Source: a virus
Virus record (IMG/VR): IMGVR_UViG_3300023109_003600
Location: 57,650-121,649 of that record
DNA: 64,000 nt
Strand: one strand, 5' to 3'
This document shows positions 40,983-49,653 of this stretch, piece after piece. The number at the start of each line of letters is the position of its first letter. The stretch's first letter is position 1. The position numbers and the translations under genes were made by a program. The notes under the pieces are model-generated. The model saw only the letters and a program-made list of their open reading frames with translations, had not been told where the DNA came from and searched no databases.

Positions 40983-41677
40983 TGAAAAAATGTAATTTTA
41001 ACGAAGTAAAAATATTAAAAGAAAATAGATTTTATCGTATAAGTGATTTATTTAATGCTACATTTCCAGTGCAAAAATCTATGTGGATGGATAGTCGTGA
41101 GGAAATATTAAATAACAAAGAGTTTTCAAATACAATACTATACGATTACTTAAAAAATAAAAAACACGAAGAGGATGTTGTTACATTAAAAAAAATAGTA
41201 TCAGAGCATACATTAAAAAATAAATATGATATTCCCCACAAAGATGAACTCGTATTTCATATTCGTCTTGGGGATGCTTTGCGAATTGATTATAATAATG
41301 GTGAATTTTTAAGAAGACTGAAAAAAACATATTGTAATGAATTATATCAAAAAATTGATATTGATTATAAAAAAATAAAAAAAATAACATTCGTAACTGC
41401 ACTTCATTACGGAGGATACACGTGCACCTTTCGTGGTAGGCATTTTGATTTTACAATCAATGAACAAAGTGTGAAAAATTCTTTTGAGACACTTGAAGAA
41501 ATAGAAAAGCAAACAAATATATTAGGTTTTGAATTAAATATAAAGTCAAGTGAAACTGTTGATGACGATTTTTGCTATATGTCAAACGCAAAATATTTCG
41601 TAGAAAGTGAGTCGAGGTTTTCTCGACTAATTTCAAATATATTACATGAAGATGCAATTAAATTAAAAATAAAATGA
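40982..41677 (+). CDS. GT11-like (fucosyltransferase-type) protein
   Basis: FHIRLGD, DDDF.YM....YF....S.FS. Confidence 0.6.
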   Translation: MKKCNFNEVKILKENRFYRISDLFNATFPVQKSMWMDSREEILNNKEFSNTILYDYLKNKKHEEDVVTLKKIVSEHTLKNKYDIPHKDELVFHIRLGDALRIDYNNGEFLRRLKKTYCNELYQKIDIDYKKIKKITFVTALHYGGYTCTFRGRHFDFTINEQSVKNSFETLEEIEKQTNILGFELNIKSSETVDDDFCYMSNAKYFVESESRFSRLISNILHEDAIKLKIK

Positions 41678-42240
41678 TAAACCAAGATCATAAATTCATA
41701 TTCATACATATCCCACGAACAGGTGGGACAAGTATTGAGAAAAACTTTTCTTATATTGGAGATGAAATAAAACATTGGAATTTGCGTGATTACAAAAATT
41801 ATTTAAACGAGAGAGAATTTAATGAGTATTTTAAATTTACTTTTGTTAGAAACCCGTGGGATATTGTAGTATCTAAGTATGTTACTATTTGGTATAATAG
41901 TTCAAGTAGAGGTCATGGTGGAAAAATAGGATATCTATGTGGGAAAAGTTTAAAATATTTTTTAACCTACTATCAGCCAGCTAAACATGAACACGGAGAT
42001 AGTTTTTTTGATTATTTTGATCCAGAGGAAATGGATTTTATTGGTCGTTTTGAGAACCGAAAAAACGACCTCGATTTCATTTCTTCCAAGGTCGGAGCAA
42101 CTATTGATCAACAAATAATGGAAAATCCACACCCACACAAAAAACACTATACCGAATACTACGATGACGAAGCAAGAGAAATCGTTGCGGAAAAATACGC
42201 AAAGGACATTGAGTATTTCGGTTATAAATTTGGAGAATAA
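41674..42240 (+). CDS. Sulfotransferase (Sulfotransfer_2-like)
   Basis: FIHIPRTGGTSI, FTFVRNPWD..VS, FIGRFEN. Confidence 0.88.
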   Translation: MINQDHKFIFIHIPRTGGTSIEKNFSYIGDEIKHWNLRDYKNYLNEREFNEYFKFTFVRNPWDIVVSKYVTIWYNSSSRGHGGKIGYLCGKSLKYFLTYYQPAKHEHGDSFFDYFDPEEMDFIGRFENRKNDLDFISSKVGATIDQQIMENPHPHKKHYTEYYDDEAREIVAEKYAKDIEYFGYKFGE

Positions 42241-42242
42241 AA

Positions 42243-42869
42243 ATGAAACATAATCCATTTAAAATAGTAAGAATGTTTGAAGAGGAAATTGCAGAATACG
42301 CAGGTTCCAAATACGCAGTATCAGTTGATAGTTGCACCAACGCATTGTTTTTGTGTTGCAAGTATTTGAATGTGAAGGAAGTCACGATTCCTTGCAGGAC
42401 ATATTTGTCAGTTCCTATGAGTATTATTCATTCAGGTGCGGAAGTTGTTTTTGATAAAACGCCAACTACAAACCACTGGAACGGAGTCTATCAACTCAAA
42501 CCATATCCTATATACGATTCTGCAAAAAGACTCACATCTAATATGTACATCAAAGATAGTTTCATGTGCTTGTCTTTCCACATTAAAAAACAACTTCCGA
42601 TTGGAAAAGGAGGAATGATTTTAACAGACGATGCAGATGCGGTAGATTGGTTTAAAAGAGCAAGGTATGAGGGTCGCAGCGAAGTTTATTACAAAGAAGA
42701 TAATGTTAAAACTCTCGGTTGGAATATGTATATGACTCCGCAAGAAGCTGCAACTGGTCTAGCTTTGTTTCAAAACTACCCAGATCACAGCATTGACCTA
42801 GAAGAAAAAAATGGATATCGAGACTTAACAGAGTTTGATGTATTTAAAGAATGTAAGATTATTAAATGA
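42243..42869 (+). CDS. DegT/DnrJ/EryC1/StrS-like PLP aminotransferase, short form
   Basis: FEE..A.Y.G..YAV.V.SCT.AL, DSA, SFHIKK, GGMILTDD. Confidence 0.85.
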   Translation: MKHNPFKIVRMFEEEIAEYAGSKYAVSVDSCTNALFLCCKYLNVKEVTIPCRTYLSVPMSIIHSGAEVVFDKTPTTNHWNGVYQLKPYPIYDSAKRLTSNMYIKDSFMCLSFHIKKQLPIGKGGMILTDDADAVDWFKRARYEGRSEVYYKEDNVKTLGWNMYMTPQEAATGLALFQNYPDHSIDLEEKNGYRDLTEFDVFKECKIIK

Positions 42870-43714
42870 AAAAATTTATATATGTGATACATTGGGGTCA
42901 ATGTGGTATCAAACCTATAGATTCAGGAGGTCTAATTGTTTTATATTCATTGTGTCATTTTCTGAATAGCATAGGAGAAAAGTCTTATATGAGTGCTGGC
43001 GTCGGCAAGGTTCCCAATACGCTTAACTTAAATTGTCCGATAAAACCTGAAGAATTAAATCTTGAAAGTGAAGATGTTGTTGTTATTTATCCAGAAGTTA
43101 CTAATGGAAACCCTTTAAACGCTAAAAATGTTGCGAGGTGGATGCTTTACCCAATTGGAATTAATGGGGGAAATATTGAAACCCATAACAAAAAGGACTT
43201 GATCATCGGTTGGGGCAAGGAATGTTCTGGTGGGGGTTATATAATCAATGAAGACAATTGCGTTATTGTTAAACATATCATGTCGGACATTTACAAAGAT
43301 TCAAACTCTGTGTCTAGAAGCAAAACTTGCTATATGAAGAGAAAAGGGAAAAAGTGGGGTCAATCTTTCGATCAGCACCCACAAGACTCGATTTGCGTAG
43401 ATGGCAAAAATCATAAAGAATTATCTGAAATATTTAATTTATGTCATACATTTTATTGCTATGACCCACATACATATTATTCTACCTATGCATCAATGTG
43501 CGGTTGCGACAGTATAGTTTTGCCGCCTAAAACTCTAACCAAGGAAGATTGGAAAAATTCAATAAAAGATACATACGGAATTGCTTATGGTAAAGATGAC
43601 TTAGGGAGGGCTAGAAAAACTCGCTCATTAATGCTTGATTATATTAAAAATCAAGACAACTTAAATGTTGAAAACACTTGCAAATTCGTTAAATTATGTG
43701 AATCTCATTTTTAA
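42866..43714 (+). CDS. Putative glycosyltransferase-like (WavQ-like) protein
   Basis: SGG..VL..LC..L, VIYPE...GNPLNA..V.RW.L, F..YD..T......A.MCGC.S. Confidence 0.6.
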   Translation: MKKFIYVIHWGQCGIKPIDSGGLIVLYSLCHFLNSIGEKSYMSAGVGKVPNTLNLNCPIKPEELNLESEDVVVIYPEVTNGNPLNAKNVARWMLYPIGINGGNIETHNKKDLIIGWGKECSGGGYIINEDNCVIVKHIMSDIYKDSNSVSRSKTCYMKRKGKKWGQSFDQHPQDSICVDGKNHKELSEIFNLCHTFYCYDPHTYYSTYASMCGCDSIVLPPKTLTKEDWKNSIKDTYGIAYGKDDLGRARKTRSLMLDYIKNQDNLNVENTCKFVKLCESHF

Positions 43715-43716
43715 TT

Positions 43717-44583
43717 ATGTACATTATATTAGGAAAAAACGGCTATATAGCAGAAGCTATAATAAAAGAATTAACGTCACGCGATTTACCTCATATCGCT
43801 CTTAGTCGCACAGACATAGACTATACGAATATGAGTCTGTTAGATTTATGGATTTCGCAGAATTATTATAGCAAAATCGTCAAAAATCATAATGTTTCAA
43901 TTATAAACGCTGCGGGATACATTGGAAAGCCAAACGTAGACGCTTGCGAATTAGCCAAAGCAGATTGTACAGAGGGGAACGTTGTATTTCCAGCTTTACT
44001 AGCTGAGCTCTGCGCAAGAAAAAATTATCAATATATACATATATCTTCTGGTTGTATATATGGCGGTTATGAGAAGGATTTTACAGAAGAAGATCCTTCT
44101 AATTTTGATTTTCAAAACGGAAGTTTTTATAGTGGCACAAAAGCCTTAGCAGAAACAATTGTTCTTAAAAATAATCCTAAAAGTTATATTTTTAGACTCA
44201 GAATTCCCTTTGACGAATATTCTTCTCCGAGAAATTATATTACAAAAATGTTAAATTATTCAAATTTGCTTGATGTAAGAAACTCATTCTCCCACAGGTC
44301 AGATTTTGCCAAGTATTCATTAGATTTGCTTGAAAAAGCACCTTCGGGAATTTACAATGTTACTAATAAAGGAAGTATGACAACAAAAGAAGTAATCAAT
44401 ATGGTGCAAGATTATAAAATCAGCAATAAAGAATTTTCTTTTTTTACCAATTTAGATAAATTTATGCAAGAAATAAGTGCTCCTCGCTCGAACTGCGTTT
44501 TAGATACTAAAAAAATAGAGCAATATATTAAAATAAGAACAGTATCAGAAGCTATGGAAGATGCTATTTCAAAATACAAATAA
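43717..44583 (+). CDS. NDP-4-keto-6-deoxyglucose 3,5-epimerase/4-reductase (RmlD-like, NRS/ER type)
   Basis: G.NGYI, NAAGYIGKPNVDACE, SSGCIY, SFYSGTK, LRIP, PRSNC.LD. Confidence 0.85.
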   Translation: MYIILGKNGYIAEAIIKELTSRDLPHIALSRTDIDYTNMSLLDLWISQNYYSKIVKNHNVSIINAAGYIGKPNVDACELAKADCTEGNVVFPALLAELCARKNYQYIHISSGCIYGGYEKDFTEEDPSNFDFQNGSFYSGTKALAETIVLKNNPKSYIFRLRIPFDEYSSPRNYITKMLNYSNLLDVRNSFSHRSDFAKYSLDLLEKAPSGIYNVTNKGSMTTKEVINMVQDYKISNKEFSFFTNLDKFMQEISAPRSNCVLDTKKIEQYIKIRTVSEAMEDAISKYK

Positions 44584-44627
44584 TTTTATACTATAAAAAA
44601 AAACAATAATTAATAATATACATTATA

Positions 44628-45160
44628 ATGTACGACGACGGAATAAATAATGATTTCGAGGCAGCCCACCAAAAAGGATTAAGGCGGGGTTTTGATTTAG
44701 GTTGGAGCTACAAAGGTAGATTTGATAGAATATTAATTGAAGACGAGATCGCTAAATTGCAAAAAGAATTAAAAACAAATAAAGCAAAACAAACATTGCG
44801 AATCAAAATTAGGACATTGCAAGAAATATTAATTTTGTTAAAAAACCACAAAAGCAACAAAGAAAACGTCACAATCGGAAGTTGGTAATGTGGAATTACA
44901 GAATAATTAAATCGCCAGATAATAGCTATGGACTTTATGAAGTTTTTTATAATGATGCTGGGGAGATATCAGCTCATGCCGAGAACGAGGAAATAATAGG
45001 AGAGTCTCCAGAAGATATTGTAAAATGTTTAAAGTTAATGCTATCGGACGCAAATAAGCATATTTCTCAAGAAAAAAAGATCTTAAACCTCAATGAGATT
45101 AAATTTGCTCCGCTTTGCGATGAAAAGCAAATGTCATTCCCCTTTGATTGCGAAGATTAA
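44628..45160 (+). CDS. Two hypothetical ORFs (44628-44888; 44888-45160 MWNYRII-type)
   Basis: ORF track, coupled. Confidence 0.6.
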
Positions 45161-45804
45161 TGCCAGTAGAAAAATACTATTTTAAGCGTCAAGAACCTTG
45201 GAGAATCATTAAAGGAGCTAAGGCAAGTCAAAAAAAAGCCATCTTCATTCATGTTCCAAAATGCGGAGGTCTGTCCATGGAACATGTGTGCAACAATAAT
45301 AATATAAATATTGACCCAATCAACATGACTCCTGAATGGCTAAAAGCAAACCAAAATTATAAAAATATTGAAAGCGAAGACTTTGAGTATTCGTTTTCCT
45401 TCGTAAGGAATCCTTTTGACAGAATCGTTTCTGCTTGGAAAACTTGGTGGGTTTCACAACATGAGTTTGATGAATTCCCTAAATTCGTGAAAGATTTTTG
45501 TATAAACCCGTCAAATTACGACTTTTTTAGGTGGAGTCATGTAATGTCCACCTTCGATCCTAGAATGAAACTATTTAATGATCAAGGTGATCAATTAATA
45601 AATTTTATAGGAAAAATGGAATCGTATCAGTCAGACTTTAATACAGTTTGCGAAAAAATTGGAATTCAAAAACGACAACTTCCACATGAAAACAAAAGTG
45701 AACACAAACATTATACTGAATACTATGATGACGAAATCCGTCAAATCGTTGCTGAGAAGTACGCAAAGGACATCGAGTATTTTGGATATGAATTTGGAGA
45801 TTAA
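45160..45804 (+). CDS. Sulfotransferase (Sulfotransfer_2-like)
   Basis: FIHVPKCGG.S, FSFVRNPFDRIVS, FIGKME. Confidence 0.88.
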   Translation: MPVEKYYFKRQEPWRIIKGAKASQKKAIFIHVPKCGGLSMEHVCNNNNINIDPINMTPEWLKANQNYKNIESEDFEYSFSFVRNPFDRIVSAWKTWWVSQHEFDEFPKFVKDFCINPSNYDFFRWSHVMSTFDPRMKLFNDQGDQLINFIGKMESYQSDFNTVCEKIGIQKRQLPHENKSEHKHYTEYYDDEIRQIVAEKYAKDIEYFGYEFGD

Positions 45805-45857
45805 TTTAACCAAATGAATGTATCAAGATTGCAAATAATAAAAGAAAATAATAGAAC

Positions 45858-46589
45858 ATGATACACATAATCACAGTTCATTTTGAAACCGAGAAGTGGA
45901 TTGACCTACAATTGATGCAAATTGATAAGTACATTTCCGACTACAAAGTGTGGGCATACTGTGATGGTTTTGACCACCTTCCTCATAAAGACAAATTTTA
46001 CTTCTGTAAACAGCATACATCAAAGTGCAACGAGGGATACTTAAACCATATGGAAAAATTGAATAGTTTGACGAACGTTGTACTGAATGATAAAAAAACC
46101 AAAGATACCGATATACTTGTTTGGTTAGACAGTGATGCATTTCCAATTCGGGATGTAAATGATTATATAAATGAAAAACTATTAAAGCATCCTTTAATTG
46201 CAGTTAATCGTCCCGAAAATGCTGGTGATGTAATACCACATCCAAGTTTTACCTGCGCATTTGTTTCTTTTTGGAAAAAACATAAATTAAACTGGGATGG
46301 TGTTCCGAGCGACAACGGACCTCTGAATAAGCAAGGTTTGCATGATCCTGGCGGAAAAATATATAAATCCCTCTTAGAAAAAAATATCGAGTGGTATAAA
46401 CTATTGAGAACGCACTCATTGACAAAACATAAAGTATTTTTTACAATTTATGATGATGTAATATATCATCATGGAGCAGGATCACGAGAGTCGAAAGATT
46501 GTAGAGGTGGCAATTTTGGCGTTTCATATTTGGAGCTCTCGAGAATGTCTCAAAATCTTTTAGAAAAATCTTTCAAAAATATTGCTTAA
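45858..46589 (+). CDS. Putative GT-A glycosyltransferase-like protein
   Basis: WLDSDAFP (DXD), PHPSF, D.GG, IYHHGAGSR. Confidence 0.6.
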   Translation: MIHIITVHFETEKWIDLQLMQIDKYISDYKVWAYCDGFDHLPHKDKFYFCKQHTSKCNEGYLNHMEKLNSLTNVVLNDKKTKDTDILVWLDSDAFPIRDVNDYINEKLLKHPLIAVNRPENAGDVIPHPSFTCAFVSFWKKHKLNWDGVPSDNGPLNKQGLHDPGGKIYKSLLEKNIEWYKLLRTHSLTKHKVFFTIYDDVIYHHGAGSRESKDCRGGNFGVSYLELSRMSQNLLEKSFKNIA

Positions 46590-46660
46590 TAATAAACATA
46601 AACCAATGCAATAAAGATTGATGAATAAATTAACACATCCCAAATTTCAAAAACATTCAT
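46586..46660 (-). CDS. 24-aa membrane micropeptide MNVFEIWDVLIYSSIFIALVYVYY
   Basis: Hand translation of the minus strand; ATG exactly 9 nt after a GTGTA motif (46670-74); stop overlaps the convergent gene. Confidence 0.6.
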   Translation of the reverse strand: MNVFEIWDVLIYSSIFIALVYVYY

Positions 46661-46717
46661 TACAAATAATACACAAAAACACTTGACACAAATAAGATTA
46701 TATAGTAATGTTTAGTC

Positions 46718-47713
46718 ATGACACAAATATTAGGATTAACCTGCATCAGCGAAGAACTCAAAGAAAAAGATAAAAAAAGATATTCATTTCGGACAATGAC
46801 GCGCAAAAGATTCAACGATTTGTGTAATACAGAAGGTAGAGATGAAGCGGTTAAACAATTGTCTGAAAGAATTTTGCACAATGTTATTGTTACTCAATAT
46901 ATTCTCAATCATTGTAATTCCTCAAATATTAGGCATTACCGCCTTAGTTCTGCTCTTTTTCCTCTACTTACCGATTCAACTCTGCAAATTTCTCTGCAAG
47001 AACTTAATGATTACAAGCGAATCGAAGAAGAATTACGATTAGCAGGTTTAATAGCCTTAACATTCAATATTTCTATTGGCTCGCACCCCGACCAATTTAA
47101 TGTACTTGCATCAAATAATAAAGATGCAGTAAAACGAACTATAAACGAACTGAATTTTCAAGCTAGTATTCTTGACAAGTTGGGTCTAGCTCAAGACCAT
47201 ACTGCTCCAATGAATATTCATATTAATTACACTCCACAAGAAGATGAAACCTTAGAGTTTGTAGCGACAAGATTTTTTCGCAACCTTTCTCTATGCAGTA
47301 AAGGAGTTTATAAGCGTCTCACTATAGAGAACGAAGACAAAGGTTTTTTTAATGTAGATAATTGCCTTAAATTTAGCGATCATTTATATGATACATTTGC
47401 AGTGCAAATACCTGTTTGTTATGACAATCTTCATGATTTCTGCAATCCCTCAAAAACAAAAAATGTAGCTTTTCAAGCAGAGCGTTGTGCTTATACATGG
47501 ATTGATAATCGACGCGATTCAATCGTAGATTTCTTTGCTCCTGTATTTCATTGGTCAGAAGGTAGACCCGACAAACCAAGAGCTCATGCAGATTACTTTG
47601 CGCTAGGTCATGTACCCCCTTATATTGCCATAGATCGACATAAACCCGCAAAGTGGGAGTGCGAAGTTAAAGCTAAAGATAAAGCTATTAAACTCTTAAA
47701 GACCTACTTGTGA
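46718..47713 (+). CDS. uvsE: UV damage endonuclease UvsE/UVDE
   Basis: YRLSSALFP, HPDQF.VL.S, NIH, RLTIENED, YDNLH, HWSE, AHAD, EVKAKD. Confidence 0.93.
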   Translation: MTQILGLTCISEELKEKDKKRYSFRTMTRKRFNDLCNTEGRDEAVKQLSERILHNVIVTQYILNHCNSSNIRHYRLSSALFPLLTDSTLQISLQELNDYKRIEEELRLAGLIALTFNISIGSHPDQFNVLASNNKDAVKRTINELNFQASILDKLGLAQDHTAPMNIHINYTPQEDETLEFVATRFFRNLSLCSKGVYKRLTIENEDKGFFNVDNCLKFSDHLYDTFAVQIPVCYDNLHDFCNPSKTKNVAFQAERCAYTWIDNRRDSIVDFFAPVFHWSEGRPDKPRAHADYFALGHVPPYIAIDRHKPAKWECEVKAKDKAIKLLKTYL

Positions 47714-48007
47714 AAAATAAAAGGTATTAAATAATGATAAAACTAGGTATAAGAGGTAATTCAGATTCAATTAATCACATTTTAATTAAAGTAGATGATT
47801 TAACTTTAATGACTACCGAAAATTTATTTCTTGGAGGACAGGAATATAGCACTAAAACAGGGAAAAATTTAGCCCAACTATTAGATTCTCTATCAAAAGA
47901 TCATGAAATATCTGTTAGTGAAAATGTTGCCAAAGAAATCGAAAGAGAATTAAACTTAAATGGAGAAATAATCAAATATGTCGATTAGATTTTTTTAGAA
48001 ATAATAA

Positions 48008-48769
48008 ATGAAGACATTAGTAACCTTTGTACACTTTAAGCAACAGCCTCACGCAGAAACAAATCTAAAATTTTTCTTAAGCCAAGGCTTGTTAAAAAAC
48101 GAAGACATTAAATATAATTTTGTCATTAATGGACAGGGTTGTTCAGCAAAAATACCAAAATATAAAAATGTTAAAATAATAAAAGGTCACAATCGAGGCT
48201 ATGATTGGGGAGGTTACAAACAGTCCCTTGACTCCGAAAAACTTTCGGATTTCGACTATTTTATTTTTATTAATGATACCTGTCGAGGTCCATTTTTACC
48301 CAAATATATCCCAAAAAGCATTAATTGGGTAGATCTTTTTTTAGGCGGTCTGTCAGATAAAGTAAAAATGGTTGGGGCAACCTCTTTTACTGCAGATTAT
48401 GCAGAATGGTTGCAAGAACATTTATTTATTGAAGCTGGAAAAAATAAACACATTCAAAGTTATTGCTTCGGAGTAGACAAAACAGCATTAAATATTTTAT
48501 TAACTCATCAAAAATTCAGTTGTATTGGGAAGCCAAAAAATGACATAATTAAAGAACACGAAATAGGTGCTAGTCAACTTTTGCTTGATAAAGGGTTCGA
48601 CATTTCAAGCATGCAATTATCCGAGCTATCGGGCGAAAAAACCAAAGATGTTAATTATGAAAAAGCGTATTTTGAAACGACAATTAACCCATTAGAAGTT
48701 ATGTTTGTTAAAACTAACAGAATAAATAATCGTGTAGTAAAAAACTACACGAAATGGATTCTATCTTAA
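48008..48769 (+). CDS. Putative glycosyltransferase-like protein
   Basis: NL.FF, N.GYDWG, FIFINDT.RGPFLP, HIQSY, E..FVK. Confidence 0.55.
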   Translation: MKTLVTFVHFKQQPHAETNLKFFLSQGLLKNEDIKYNFVINGQGCSAKIPKYKNVKIIKGHNRGYDWGGYKQSLDSEKLSDFDYFIFINDTCRGPFLPKYIPKSINWVDLFLGGLSDKVKMVGATSFTADYAEWLQEHLFIEAGKNKHIQSYCFGVDKTALNILLTHQKFSCIGKPKNDIIKEHEIGASQLLLDKGFDISSMQLSELSGEKTKDVNYEKAYFETTINPLEVMFVKTNRINNRVVKNYTKWILS

Positions 48770-49102
48770 TCAATCCCAATTTCCTTGAGCAACATTACGA
48801 CCATCTAAATTAGACCAATCTATGGCAAATGGGTCTTCTTTTTGGTTTTGCTCGATATTTTCTTGATCAACTCGTTCCTTTTGATCATCGTATAATTTAT
48901 CATGCATTCTTTGCCCCATCCATAAAGCCTCTAATAGTAAAGCTTGAACAGCCTGAAGGTTGTAACTCTCTTCTTTGCTACAGCGATAACCCTGCTTCAA
49001 TACATTGCATAGGGTTCTCTTGGAGTCAAGCGGTGCATTAATATCCTCCCGCATTTTATCATGAATTTCTTTCGTAAATGGTTTTGGTTTATATTCGCTC
49101 AT
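48770..49102 (-). CDS. Hypothetical protein on the minus strand
   Basis: Fills a gap; GTGTA-N9-ATG upstream. Confidence 0.72.
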   Translation of the reverse strand: MSEYKPKPFTKEIHDKMREDINAPLDSKRTLCNVLKQGYRCSKEESYNLQAVQALLLEALWMGQRMHDKLYDDQKERVDQENIEQNQKEDPFAIDWSNLDGRNVAQGNWD

Positions 49103-49167
49103 ATAAATATATACACGAAATTTTTCTTGACAAATAAATCTTACTTAACTATAATATGCTTCATACT

Positions 49168-49653
49168 ATGAGTGATATAGAAATACTTAACGCAAACTTG
49201 CTTAATTTTCCTAGCGATATTGACTTTATCGCACATTCTTGCAATACGCATAATGTTATGGGTGCAGGTATCGCATTAAGTATCAAGCATACTTACCCCG
49301 AAGCATACGCGGCTGATTGTCATGCGATGATGAAAAATGACAATCAATTAGGTTGGTATAGCTTTGCGTGGACTGACGCGACTCAAAGCAAGGGAATATA
49401 TAATATGTATACTCAAAGCTCTATTGGTGAGGGCAGACAAGTCAACTATGAAGGATTCTATTCTGCGTTAAGTGATGTGGCAGAACACATTGAATGGCAA
49501 GATAAACACGATGACAAAAATTCTACTTTCGGTTTGCCTTATGGAATTTCTTGTGGTCTTGCGGGAGGCAGTTGGGAAATTATTTATTCAATGATAAATG
49601 AGATTTTAGTTGACAAAAAATTCAAAACCTATATAGTTAAATACGATGAATAA
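49168..49653 (+). CDS. Macrodomain (ADP-ribose processing) protein
   Basis: AHSCN...MGAGIA..I...YP, NMYTQ, LPYGISCGLAGGSW; promoter TTGACA(49127)-N17-TATAAT. Confidence 0.9.
   Translation: MSDIEILNANLLNFPSDIDFIAHSCNTHNVMGAGIALSIKHTYPEAYAADCHAMMKNDNQLGWYSFAWTDATQSKGIYNMYTQSSIGEGRQVNYEGFYSALSDVAEHIEWQDKHDDKNSTFGLPYGISCGLAGGSWEIIYSMINEILVDKKFKTYIVKYDE

Larger units (their letters stand above)
3480..49116. promoter_or_regulatory. GTGTA motif upstream of start codons (candidate phage-specific promoter)
   Basis: + strand: 8283, 10679, 34654 (N9), 12861 (N10), 36141 (N16), 5064. - strand: 46674, 49116 (N9), 3484 (N10), 25431 (N13). Confidence 0.68.

Noticed and set aside
42142-45804. 3'-terminal repeat pair as a DGR template/variable repeat
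   Set aside because: Mismatches are mostly synonymous and not adenine-specific, both copies are coding, and no reverse transcriptase is present in the window.
11377-48769. Eukaryotic giant virus (NCLDV) or bacterial O-antigen/capsule locus
   Set aside because: Sigma70 promoters, translational coupling, rIIA/rIIB, PhoH and RuvB indicate a bacteriophage; no wzx/wzy/ABC exporter or NCLDV core genes are seen.
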